This document shows positions 1 through 13,749 of a DNA stretch of 64,000 nucleotides, one piece after another (the stretch's first letter is position 1; every line of letters starts with the position of its first letter). Location of the stretch: the NCBI RefSeq assembly GCF_006345805.1, contig NC_042999.1, forward strand, positions 138,074,001-138,138,000, given 5' to 3'. The notes under the pieces are model-generated. The model searched no databases and had not been told where the DNA came from. It worked only from the letters and a program-made list of their open reading frames with translations. This DNA comes from Octopus sinensis. Lineage: Eukaryota. The position numbers were made by a program, and so were the translations under genes.

Positions 1-123
1 CGTGGCAAACGAATGTCACTTTAACCCAACTATGTACATATGTCTCTAATAAGAGAGATTTTATCAGACAAGATAAAACTATCATCGTATATGTATGACA
101 TATATATGTATAAAAATTATCTA

Positions 124-628
<505 letters not shown>

Positions 629-797
629 TCTCATATATATGCTAGCATATTCATGTAAATAGCGGGGCATCAATATTATGCAAGGCTAAGTTACATGTTT
701 CTTTTTGCTTGTTGATTTCCATTTTTCTTTCGGGCTATGAGAATGTAGGAATGAGGGGAAAGTAATGACTACTGAACAAAGGGAAGAGAGAGAAGAG

Positions 798-862
<65 letters not shown>

Positions 863-1344
863 AAAGAAAGAAAGAAAATTCGTGCTGAAAGGGCGAAACG
901 TTAAGAAACGAAGAGAAGAGGTGAAACGGGTTTGATCAGAAGGAAAAAAGAGAGGGTGCTCCCTCCTCTTGCTCCGTAAATATGTATACATAGAAAGAGC
1001 TAAAGGGGTAGAGAGAGGAAATGAAAATGATGACATAAGCAAGTCAGTGAGAACGAAAGTAAAGGCATGAGTGTGTAAGAGTTAGACAGTAAAGGGATTT
1101 TCTGAATCCGCAATCATATGGTCAGGAAGTAAGTTTCTTGCCACAGTAATTGTGTATGTGTGTGTTTTGAAAGGGAATCGGCTTGTGGTAAAATTTGAAG
1201 GAGCCGCCGATGGGCAACATTCTCAGTTAAAGTATTTTATTGACACAAACTTATATAAGGAAAACCATAAGCAACCCAACTTTCCTTTGCTTATAATCTA
1301 AGATAGTCCTTTCGCCTGATCAAAGATACTGTATGTACAATAAT

Positions 1345-1375
<31 letters not shown>

Positions 1376-2366
1376 AGGACATCTTTTAAACACGTACTGA
1401 AAGCCTAATTATGTTCTGGTTTTAACTTTTTATTAAGTTTCTTTATATTTTGTTGAGCACCTTACAGTTCGTTCTTAAATCGATAATTAACCTTTCTGGA
1501 CTTTGAGTTTCATTTTTTAGATGTATGGAGTTTATAAGATTCCACGTCTTGAAGATGAAATGTAAAAGTCTTGAAACATTGGAGATGGACTTAGGAATTT
1601 TATTCAAGACGAATAGCAAGGGACTCATAAGAAAATATAAAAACCTTAAAAAATAAATAAATAAAAATAGGACATGGGTTAGTTTTTGCCTGTTTTTACA
1701 AGGTCATCGGGAACGCTTACTTCGTTTTATTGAGACAGAGATAGAGAGAGGGAGAGCTGGCGAGAGACCAATAGAGAGGAAGGAAAAGAGACGCAGGATT
1801 TATAGTTACTTATAAAAATGAATTGAACAACAGGCACAGATATTAGTCATTTCCATATCAGTATATGAGACAGGTGTTAATGAACAAAATTACTGAGAAA
1901 ACGTGTTTTTGGATACGGTGGAATATTTTCCACAAATTTCTTCGCGGCACCGTATTTGAACTATATATTACAGTTGTTGGTATCACGAAAGAGTGGTATA
2001 TAAATAATAACAGGACTGGACAAAGGAACGAGGTTGTCACTTTATATATGCACTAGAAATAATAATTGTCTTGAGCTAATTAAATATATAAAAAGAACTG
2101 TGCAGTAGATATTCTCACATCTTAGTTACTCTCAGCGAAATATGCAATCACCAACGGAGCTGTGACTTTGTCTGGACTTCAAACAACCGCCCCACCCCAA
2201 AATATGGAAATTTTGACACAAGTTCCCCCACGGGTAATGGTTTGGTAATTTTTCTCGATGTTTCGGTCATTTTTCATCACGTCTGTCGCTTCTGAACATA
2301 TAGACAGTTACACTCTTAGTCACACAATATATAACAGTTGTTGACATTTCGAGTGGTCATATACAA

Positions 2367-2434
2367 CAGACACAGACACAGACACAGACACAGACACACA
2401 CACACACACACACACACAGACACACACAGACACA

Positions 2435-2518
<84 letters not shown>
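2367..2518. repeat. (CACAGA)n/(CA)n microsatellite
   Basis: Seen directly. Confidence 0.97.
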
Positions 2519-2520
<2 letters not shown>

Positions 2521-4450
2521 TTATTTGCGTATATTGGAATAGATGTCATGGTGAACTGGTGTTTATAGCGGTTTTTAGAGACATTAAGCAGCTGAGAGGT
2601 TTTCTCTCGACCTCATTGAATTGATAGAGTTTAAATCTGCTGAAGTTTCTTACTTTCTCTCTTTCCTGTCCTCTAACCACTCCCACCAGTCTGGGGAAAC
2701 TCTACAAAGGTCATGGGTACTACCATTCCTCGTTTAACTAAAAATATAAATAGTTCATGAGAAATTGGTTAAGAAATTAGCACTTTTGGAATAAATCAAA
2801 ACAGACAATACAGATGAATTTTCTTTGGACCTCTCTCTCTCTCCCTCTCTCTTTCTCTCTCTCCTTATTCTTGTGTGTTTCGCGATAATATGACATGCTT
2901 TGTCAATTCCTTTCTGAGTAGGAATATTTAGGTCCTGAGACTTTCTGCAGAAGTTCTGTAAAACAAGAGGCAAGATCCCACAAGCAGTCCTGGTTTAAAA
3001 TTATTTTACTTACACTGCGAATATTCTTGAAGAAAGCATGAACATCATATAATCTCATTCGTTATCTTTTGTGACCGTGTATAGAAAAGAAATCTGTAGC
3101 AGCGCATCTTGAACTAACATTTTCCTATCTGGAGGTGTTTGGTGTAAGTTATTTCCACCAGAATAAGATAAGTGTAAATGTGTGTATGTGTGTGTACGCA
3201 GATGTTTGTAAAGTAGTGGGAATAACAAACACCAATTTGAGGCAGAAAAGTGAACTAGCACCTCTGACATGATTTGAAACACGCACCAATCGCTTGCGGA
3301 CGACCATGTTTCCAATTTACACTATTTAGAGTTGCAGGTTCATCTCAGATTAGATACTATAAATTGTTTCTGTTAATTTAATTCTATTATTTTTTTCGAA
3401 CACAAGCAAATTCGTTTGCACTCCATATAACCCCTCCCCCCATAACTTTTCTACTTTCGGAATTTGCATTCAATGGTCCATTGCTGGGATTTAACCAAGA
3501 AATTCGGACTAACCGTATTTTAAACCCAGATCTTAAAAAAAAAATTAACTTCGAAAAATTAAAAAAACTTTTTCATTATCGCAAAAATTTTCTGAACATC
3601 CCCCCCCCCCCAAATTATGAGGGGTTAATGGGATGCTTAAACCAGAATTCTGCCGCAAATTCATCAGTAGGATATACTTATTCTACTTATTTTAAATGCT
3701 ACTTGTAATATTTGATATAATTTACAATAAACCTTAATAAATTCAAAATTTCATTTGTTTTCTTAAGAAATAAGTTATACTATTTCCCAACTCAACCCTA
3801 GTTACTTCATCTCCCCTACCACTCAAAACCATCTTCCCATTCATCATCATCATCATCATCATCATCTTTTATTGTTTTGTCTTCGAACCAAATTTTATTA
3901 CAGGAATTTGCCTGTTGACTTTCAAGTTCTCTGGTCATACACATAAACAAAGAAAGAGAAACCAAGCTAATGACAGCAACATCCCCTCCCCACCAAAACA
4001 ATAAGTTAAATATAAGGTCACTCGGTGCAATCATTTAAAAGTGTCACGTTTGTTATTGTTGTCACTGTGGAGCTGATTGTTATTGGAAGCTCTAATGAGA
4101 ATCCCGTATTCTGTATTTTATTTTGATAAATCACCTGTATACACAGGAGTGTTTACTGACCCAGATGTCAGTTTGGTGTCAGAGCGTACTACCGAGCATC
4201 AGCTCAATGGTTCGTATCCCGTCACTGATCGAGCTGACAAGTTAACATCTATTTGGTCGCTCTCAACCTGTCAGAAATAGCAGCCAAATCTCGCCCAAAT
4301 CATAACTTAAAAAAGAAGAAAATATATATTGGACAAAATAGAAAGTTCAAGGCTGGAAGACCTATGATCGCTGAGAAAAGCAGCAGGTGTCAGAAACGAC
4401 AGAGCGCTGGACAAAACTCTAAATTGTAAAATCGAGTATCATCACTTTAC

Positions 4451-5698
4451 ACGAGAATATAAAGTTCATAGGCTGAGTATAAAGGGGGGATGATAGAACC
4501 GTGAAATTTTGCATGAATTAATTTCAAATCTTCTTCTTAATAACTGCATTGTTTCATTCCAGATGAACTCACATCTGACTGTTCAAAGAAAACTTCAAAA
4601 GTAACTACAAGCGACTTCTCTTGAAAAGGGGAAAAAATTAGCATCGGGGTGTTGTCAAGTACCTGTATAAAAGGGGTTTATCCCTCAAGATCATTCATGC
4701 TGATATGATTGCTACGTATCAGGGGATGACCCTCCAGCTTTATTAACAGTACAAAAGTGGTAGCTGAAATTAGGAGGGGAAGGAGAGTCTTGAAGATGGC
4801 CCAAGGTATGAAGGTCCTGCAACTGCAACCACCAAAGAAAACATTGATCGTGTTCACCATATGATAGGTGATTAAATAGCCAATGCTATTGGCATATCCC
4901 GTGAAAGAGTTGAGAATAAGCTGCACAATGAACTTGGCATGACAAAGGTTTTTGCTCGGTGAATGTCACGTCTTCTGACATCTGATCAAAAGCATACCAG
5001 TCTGATCATATCACTGGAAGATTTGATATTGTTTGAGGCAGATCCAGTTTGTTTCCGTGAACGTTTCCCAATCCAGGATGAGTGTTGGGTTCATCACGTT
5101 GAGCCAGAGACAAATTGACAATCCATGAATTGGAAAAACCCCTCTTCATTTTCTCCAAAGTATGCCAAGATTGTTTCATCTGCACGGAAGGTGACGGTTT
5201 CGGGTTTTTCTTAATGCAAAAAGCATTGTGTTTACCGACTATCCTCAAAAGAGTCACACCATCAATCGAGAGTAATATGCCAACTTGCAGAGGCAGTTAT
5301 GAAAGCCTACCAAGACCGAACATTCAGGAAAACTGACGAAAGGGATCTTGTTTAATCAGGATAATGCTCCAACACACAACTCCTTGGTTTTAACGGTTGC
5401 TGTGCGTGACTGTGGCTTTGAACAGGTTGACCACTCTCCCTATTCTCCTGATTTTGCCCTATCTGTTCTCCAACATGAAAAAAATACATGACTAGGAACC
5501 AATATCGCAGTGATGCTGACGTCATATCTGCTGTTGATTTTTTAATCAAGAGAATGAAAGATTCTTTACCAATGGGAACTAAGCACTACAACATTAAAGG
5601 AAGAAGTGTATGGGCTTCAACAGAAAAATAAATCTCATTTGGTTACATTCCTTGAGAGTGTTTTGGTCAGCCTATTAACCTTTCAGCCGACCCTCGTA
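4451..5698 (+). mobile_element. Decayed mariner (Tc1/mariner) DNA transposon with pseudogenised transposase
   Basis: Frameshifted remnants translate to SRLLTSDQK, DECWVHH, QDNAPTH and HSPYSPDFA (mariner WVPxxL, DE, HDNA and YSPDLAP motifs). Right end ...TTTCAGCCGACCCTCGTA; left AAAGTTCATAGGCTGA partly matches the right TIR. Confidence 0.9.
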
Positions 5699-5989
5699 AT
5701 TTGAGCTCAAATCGTACTGCTGTGACCTTGCCTTATATCTTTAATAAGTACCAGTCAAATACATATATCGATTAACTCGACTACACCACACTCACCAGTG
5801 TTTGTGGTGAAATACTAGAAGTGTCTATTATCATTGAGAGAAAGAATGCTGAAGACGGTTGTGATAACTTTGATTATCTAATTCGAGAGATAAAATGCGG
5901 TCAAGTTTTACATTGTCTCCCTTAGATCTCGATAAAATAAGTACGAATTGTGTACCAAGATTGATTTATTCAACTCTAATTCATACGTC

Positions 5990-6216
5990 TTTTATCTTTT
6001 ATCTTTTACTTGTTTCAGTCATTTGACTAGGGCCATGCTGGGGTATCGTCTTGGAGAGTTTTAGCCAAAGGTATTGACCCCGGTACTTATTTTTAAAGCC
6101 TAGTACTTATACTATCGGGCTCTCTTGTTGAACCGCTAGTTTACGGGGATGTAAACACGCCAACATCGGTTGTCAAGCGGTTATGAAGGGACAAACTCAG
6201 ACACAAAGGCACACTC

Positions 6217-6247
<31 letters not shown>

Positions 6248-6297
6248 CATGCATACATACATGCATTCATACATACATACATACATACATACATACA

Positions 6298-6328
<31 letters not shown>

Positions 6329-6445
6329 TACACGATGGGCTTCTTTCAGTTTCCGTCTATCAAATCCACTCACATGGCATTGGTCGGCCCGCGGCTGTCA
6401 CGTCACCCAGTGGGACTGAAGCCGAAACCATGTGGTTAGGAAACA
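5990..6445 (-). mobile_element. SINE family A, reverse strand, with internal (TA)n/(TACA)n
   Basis: Reverse complement of the blocks at 124-628 (TGTTTCAGTCATTTGAC, GGTTGTCAAG, CAAATCCACTCAC, CAGTGGGACTGAA). Confidence 0.85.
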
Positions 6446-7059
6446 AGGGATCTGTGGTAGTGCTGTTTTTCTGTTCAGTGCAGAATGCGTGTACTAAGCG
6501 TTAGTTATTTCAAATGAGTGTCCTTAATAAAAATTCAATAGAGACGATACGGATGCAAAGCATGTGCAGTCTACTTTATAGATACCAGGTAATTAGACGA
6601 GGAGACGCCTTCTCGTATCTTCACATTGGCGCCCCGTCATCTATGTGGTTAAGGAATATGGATTTCAATATCCTTGCTTATCTAAACGCAGCTTGTATAA
6701 TCCATAGTTGCTGTAAACAGTGGCAGCGAGGTAAACTTGAATGTTTAGTTGGCTTGCAGCAGGAAAAGTGAATCAGTAATAGACTAATGGCCTATCCCGT
6801 GAAGGTTTTATCTCTCATCTTCAAAAGCTTAAACTATTAGCAAGAATTGTTTACAATATTGTGAATTTCTACATTTGAGGGATGATTGGCATGCAGATTA
6901 TCAACATTTTTAAAACCAGCTTCCTACCTTTTCCATGTTTTGCTTATATAAAGCTGAAAGGAACTGTTCAATAAGAACAACAACAACAGCTACAGCGTTA
7001 CAATCCTTAGGAGTAACAAACATATTTTCGAGTTAAAACACCTACCAGAAAGAGAAAGG

Positions 7060-7097
<38 letters not shown>

Positions 7098-7130
7098 CAG
7101 TCAGAGGGGAGATGGAGAGAGAGAGAGAGA

Positions 7131-7186
<56 letters not shown>

Positions 7187-7893
7187 TAGAGAGTTGCCAT
7201 TTTTGCTGTAGGTGGCAGGAGTGTTTCGTTGGCGTGCAGTTCTGAACTCAAAACTTCCAAAGAACAAAGGCCACACACACACTCGAGCATGCCGAGACAC
7301 ACACATACACCCGCACACACACCACACAACACCACAACAACACACCACACACAACACACACACACACACACACACACACACCACACACACACACACCACA
7401 TATACTCACTCACTCAAAAAATAAAGCATCGATGACGACGATAACAACCTATGTCAGGCTTTCGAATTCTACATTTGTGGTAAAACGTCTTGCAATATAT
7501 TTCGCTAAGAGGAGCAGCCCTTTGCTACTAACAACTCTTCTTCATTCGGGTTAACATATACACTAGAGAGAGAGAGAGAGAGAAAGCCTGTACTTTATAC
7601 AGACTATGGTTGAGCGTCATTCAATAACACGAAAAAGAAACTATTTTCGGTCGTTCAAGTTGCTAAAAATAACAAATAAGTGTCTTTTGGATCATATGCA
7701 ACCGATTCAGAACACGAGGAAAGGACATATTGAATATTTAAGTCTAAGATATTCGACAGTTGAAGAAAAGACGGGTTGGTCACGACTAGAATAACTCTGA
7801 TCATAGGTCAGTACAATCAGGACAGAGCCTGGGGCTAAACAATCACAGTAACAAGTAACACCAACAACAGTAATGTACTTTATATTATATCTT

Positions 7894-8132
7894 AAAGGCG
7901 GCGAGCTGGCAGAAACGTTGTTAACGCGCCGGCCGAAATGCTTAGCTGTATTTCGTCTGCCGCTACGTTCTGAGTTCAAATTCCGCCGAGGTCGACTTTG
8001 CCTTTCATCCTTTCGGGGTCGATAAATTAAGCACCAGTTACGCACTGGGGTCGATGTAATCGACTTAATCCGTTTGTCTGTCCTTGTTTGTCCCCTCTAT
8101 GTTTAGCCCCTTGTGGGCAATAAAGAAAAATA
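7894..8132 (+). mobile_element. Full-length tRNA-derived SINE family B with 13-bp TSD
   Basis: GGCGGCGAGCTGGCAG head, B box GAGTTCAAATTCC, core GTCGACTTTGCCTTTCATCCTTTCGGGGTCGATAAA. TSD TATATTATATCTT at 7881-7893 and 8133-8145. Confidence 0.92.
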
Positions 8133-8553
8133 TATATTATATCTTTTAAACAATTAAATGAGGTTCGTTATTCTCCAACGATGGTCAGGAAGGCGTTGTT
8201 TGGTGGAGCAATGTTTGTGTTTCTCTCTTTTTGGAGAAACTAAGTTATCAAACTCTCATTTAATAAGAACCTTCTTTTCTTGTATGCACATTTTCTTTCC
8301 CTTCCTTCTACTCATGTCTTTCTTTCTTTCTTTCTTTCTTCCTTTCTTTGATTTCTTACTTAGGCACTTACCAAAATGTTTTTGAAAGGGAATAGAACAA
8401 TTGATTGAAATAATTTTAGTCTATTGTTGTTATTCATTTTTCCGACCCCAGGGAGATGATGAGGATACAGTCGATACCGATGGGCAAATTTGAACTGCAT
8501 TTTCAATGCAGTAGAACGTCATTAATACAGAGCCGTCCCTAAGATAAGTATTG

Positions 8554-8591
<38 letters not shown>

Positions 8592-8639
8592 GAGAAAGAG
8601 GGAGAGAGAAAGCGAGAGAAGGGTAGAGACGCTTTTAAA

Positions 8640-9055
8640 AAGAGAGATGTCACTGTAAAGTTACAAAACAGATACGTCGCAGTAAATTCTACAAAACAGA
8701 CGTCTCTGCGCATCAATATTTTCTGACTCCGCCTAAACTGCAACACTTAGTGACGTTTCTATTGTACTGAGTGTGCAATTCAAAATTAGTCCATGGTTAT
8801 CAACTGTATCCAAACTCTCTTGCTGGGATCGGGGAAAGATACTTATATTAATTCAATCATTTTATTCCCTTGCAAAAAACAGTAAATACAGGAAAACAGA
8901 TACACCACAGTAAATACTAAAATACAACACAGAGAGACGTCATACTAAATACTGGAATGTAGAAAGACGTTACAACAATATTACAAAACGGAGATGTCAA
9001 AGTGCGACAGAAAAACGTTACTAAAATACTTTCACGCTGAGAGACGTCACTAAAG
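8640..9055 (+). repeat. Degenerate minisatellite, unit about 27-30 bp (AGAGA(T/C)GTCA..TAAA..TACAAAAC)
   Basis: Recurrent GAGATGTCA/GAGACGTCA and CAGTAAATAC/ACTAAATAC motifs at roughly regular spacing. Confidence 0.55.
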
Positions 9056-9658
9056 AGTGGAAGGCATTTAGGCCAACGCTAAGCTTCTAACAATTGACAA
9101 CGGAAGTGTTTTATTATTTTTTATGTCTAAAAGGTAAATTTACTTCATAGCTCTCACATCACAAAAAAGCCTGTGCATATCAAATTAAAGAAACATTTCT
9201 GTAGGAGAAAGTGATAAAAATAAAAGGAAAATAAAATAACACTAGTAGAAACACATTCTGGTTTGTTTTCAGCATCAAGTTAAAAAAGAAAGGAAAGAAA
9301 TAAGATAAATAAGAAGATACATAAGACTGATGGGAATGTTTCAGCTGTCCAGATCTAGCTTTCAACTTCATATTTATGTCCTCCAGATGTCTGTTCCAGG
9401 CAGACAAGAAATCTGCAGTACCATTCTCGCCTGCCCTACATATACACGCGCGCGCACATACACATGATGTGTGCACACATACACAATCATGTACACAAAC
9501 ACACATACACACACACATATACACCCTCATTACATACATATATATGTATATATGTATACGTATACATACACACATACATACATACATGTGTCTGTGCGCG
9601 TCAGTGCGATTGAGTTACTGGAGATATCCTTATTGCTATATGCGTCCATGTGTGTGTA

Positions 9659-9689
<31 letters not shown>

Positions 9690-10029
9690 ATTTGTATACA
9701 TACGTACATATGTGCACACATGTATATATCTATTTATATGCTTGTATGTGTTTATGTTTACGATGGAACAGTAACTCAGAAAGCATTAGAGATGACTCAC
9801 AGAAAGATAAGGAACAAAGAAAAGAAAAAAAATTAAGAATTGAATAAATAAATAAATAAATAAATAAATTAGTCACCCTTCAAGTTTAACAGGTTACAGA
9901 GAAATCTTTTTCTTTTTTTCCTTTTTGTACAATTTTGAACCATATATATGATATGTGACACACGCACATATATACATACACACACATATATACATATATA
10001 TATTCATGTACATATATATATGTATGTAT

Positions 10030-10064
<35 letters not shown>

Positions 10065-10187
10065 GGATAATAGAACGAATGGTTTACACCTGGTAGCTTA
10101 CTGGTAGAGCATAGTCACTTTCAGAATGATCGTTTGGTATATAACAAATGGAAGACAGAAAATGGAATGCATGAAAATTTATTATTA

Positions 10188-10297
10188 ATCATGACAATTG
10201 TTTCGACACACCCAGCATCGATCCCTTACGGGTGGGACACTCAACAACTGGTTCAGGAGCATCCAGTGGTGGGTGCAGATGTATCTCGTCGGGGGAT
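10188..10297 (-). ncRNA. Minimal type I hammerhead ribozyme motif (variant core CCGACGA)
   Basis: Minus strand reads CCGACGA - GAUACA...UGUGUC (stem II) - GAAAC AAUU GUC. Stem III ACAAUUGU is palindromic. Stem I is poor in this arm but perfect (AUCAC/GUGAU) in the other arm. Confidence 0.6.
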
Positions 10298-10455
10298 AAA
10301 TAAATAAAAACAACTCGTTAAAATGACTGTTCCACAATGTAACTTACTGTTTTGTTGAGAGAAAAACAGCCAGACGGAGGAAAGATCTTCATATATATAG
10401 ATCAAAAATAAAATTGCAGAAGGCAAAAAGAGAAACGAGTTGTTTTTATTTACTT

Positions 10456-10555
10456 ATCACCCGACGAGATACATCTGCACCACCGGATGCTCCTGAACCA
10501 GTTGTTGAGTGTCCCACAAGAGGAATCGATGCTAGATGTGTCGAAACAATGTGAT
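10456..10555 (+). ncRNA. Hammerhead motif, second arm, cleavage triplet deleted
   Basis: ATCAC CCGACGA GATACATCT...AGATGTGTC GAAAC AAT GTGAT. It lacks TGTC relative to the left arm. Confidence 0.5.
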
Positions 10556-10630
10556 TAATAGTAAATTCTCGTATATTCCATCTTCTGGCTTCATTTGTTA
10601 GATACGTACATACATATATACATACATACA

Positions 10631-11337
<707 letters not shown>

Positions 11338-11353
11338 GCACATATGCATATAT

Positions 11354-12730
11354 GGGTAATGGGTAATGGAAGTCACTAACAATAAACAACATGAAATACG
11401 AAAACAAATGAGTTCAATACGCAAACAACGAGAGAAACAAAGGGAAAACAGGACAAGTAACATAAAACACGACCTTTCATCAGTTGTCGGCTGTCTATCT
11501 ACTCGTCATTTCGAGCATTGAACGATGATATAAGTCTGCGAAAACAGTTGCTCCCATAAGTACCAAAATATAATTTGGGATTTATGGAGGATCAAAGTTG
11601 AGAACAAAAACAGGACAGTGGAGACATACAATAGAAACCGGACGAAAACAAACATGGAGGGTTGTTAGACCAGAAAGAGGGTAAAATAGCGAACGCTGGA
11701 GAAATATTTTCTTTGACACGAGAAAAGATAGAATAGAGAGATGGGATAGTACAGTCCTTAGGACAATCTTGAAAGAAAAGAAAGATGATCATGCGAGGAA
11801 AAGAAAGATGGACGATGGTCACGTGTGAGCAACGAGAGCGAGAGAATAGGAGAAAGAGGGGGAGAGAGAGGTACAGATAGAAAACGGCGAAGGATAGAAA
11901 AAAAGGAATTAGAGAAAAGATGGAAGAGAAAAGGACTCTACTCTATACTGTTTTTCTCCCCCATCGTTTCTCTCGTTGTTTGCGTATTGAACCCATTTGT
12001 TTTCGTATTTCACATTGTTTACTGTTGGTGACGTCCTGCACCTATATATATATATATATAACGGGAAGCTTTATGAAAATAAACAAAAGACGAAGGCAGG
12101 TGGAGTACAAACAAACAATTGTATTAGTATGGCGCTCAGGAATATAAATAAAACAAGTCTTTTACGTTTCGAGCCTACGCTCTTCAACAGAAAGATACAC
12201 AGAAAAGAAACACGGAGAGAAACAAGGAGAGAAAAAAATGCGTGCCAGAAGTCAGAGATCAAACGTGAGACGCAAGAGCGAAAATAGGGAAGATAACAGG
12301 GTCAAATGATTTCGCCCCAACATAAGGGTGCGTGTGTGTATGAGAGAGTATGTAGTGCGTATGAAAGGTCTGGACGTGTGTATGTATGTATGATGCGATG
12401 TGTAATGTCGTATGGTGTAGTGTAGAGAGAGGAGATGAGGGGAGAGTGGAGGAGGAGGGAGGAGATGAGGGAGGATATGAGGGGGGAGAGGGGGAGAGGG
12501 GAGGGAGAGGGGGAGAAGGAAAGAGGAGAAGAGGAGGGAGGAGTGAGAAGAGGAAAGGTGAGAGTGAGGAGGGTGAGATGAGGGGGGAGGGTGAGAGGGG
12601 GAAGAAGGAAAGAAGGAGGGGGTGAGGGTGAGATGAGATGAGGGGAGGGGGTGAAATGAGGGTGAGGGTGAGCGGGGGGAAAAAAGGAAAGAGGAGAAGA
12701 GGAGGGAGGAGGGAGTATATAAAGCTAAGC
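11354..12730 (-). mobile_element. Probable Penelope-like element non-coding (pLTR/UTR) region; boundaries uncertain
   Basis: Begins at a (TA)n tract, has a strongly purine-skewed low-complexity body, a hammerhead-like motif at 12158-12195 and a lone CTGATGAAAGG on the minus strand near 11474-11483. Confidence 0.45.
12158..12195 (-). ncRNA. Minimal hammerhead-like motif (core CUGUUGA)
   Basis: Minus strand reads UCUUU CUGUUGA A GAGC GUAG GCUC GAAACGUA AAAGA. Stems I and II are perfect, stem III is a loopless ACGU palindrome, and A6 is replaced by U. Confidence 0.55.
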
Positions 12731-13229
12731 AAGTCCAGCACTCCTTTATGTGCAGATAGTTGATCCATATGCACCAATGAACTTGCATGGTTCCATCAAA
12801 AATGGCTCAAAAGACTCCTGGAGATCAGTTAATAGGAGAAATACTTTAGAGTTAGCGTCCTCGACCCCGTTTATACGAATATTGAAACCTCTTTTAGCCA
12901 ACCACCTGAAACACATTGTATGTCATTTAATAAGAATGATTATTATCCATAGTGGTTGATACCAAAGGAAGTCTTTTCTACACAGCCTTAAATTCGTCAA
13001 AATCTGTATCTCCTCCTATAAAAGAAAAACACTCCTATAATTGTCATGGTCTGTAAACGAACTTAATTAATGCAACTAGACAGGTAAATGGGAAAAGATT
13101 TTGACTGCAGTGAATAGCGAGTCACTTGTTAAAATAACATATAACAGTTTGAGTCTACACACTTTCAGAATTGCCATTTAGAGACTGACTTCTCTAAGTT
13201 GCCATAACAGAGGCTTTATAACATACATA

Positions 13230-13717
13230 AAATCATGCATTCAAACATTGCCACCAGCAATGATACTAACAGTGTACAATAACAAATAAATGCGAACATA
13301 AAAACAGCAATACTGAACATTATATTACTAAACATGGTATTACTATAATAAAAATACATTTTCCCAAACGTCATCAAACGTCCCACTACTCTACAAACAT
13401 CAATTACAGTATCTTAACATAAGCCCAAAGACTTACAGTTTGGAAGCCTTTATTGCATACGGGGCATCCTAGTAAAAACAAACATAATATTTACACTAGC
13501 TTCCACAATTCCATAACAAGGAATTTCCCAACTTTCATCTTCTGGCAAATCACTGTCCATCATATTATCATATTCACAAAACAATCCCACAGCGAAAGGG
13601 AAACTCATTCAAAACTTTCAGCAAACTCGGTGGAACCATTTTCGAACAAGAGACATAATTATAGACCACAGAATTCTACCATAACACAATCCCTAATATG
13701 GACACAACAGTAGAAGT

Positions 13718-13749
<32 letters not shown>

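Larger units (their letters stand above)
10065..10604. mobile_element. Fold-back hammerhead element A (non-autonomous, Penelope-like) between TA-rich microsatellites
   Basis: Inverted arms 10142-10319 and 10434-10600 with a 114-nt spacer. Each arm carries a hammerhead-like core. Confidence 0.75.

Noticed and set aside
3480-3800. Possible MITE or Helitron fragment
   Set aside because: No TIR pair or TSD could be established.
8640-9055. CRISPR-like spaced repeats
   Set aside because: Eukaryotic context, degenerate units, no unique spacers and no cas genes; this is a minisatellite.
11470-11520. CTGATGAAAGG and GCTCGAAATG on the minus strand as a hammerhead
   Set aside because: The halves are in the wrong order and lack matching stems. 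They may be remnants of tandem motifs, but I cannot support that.
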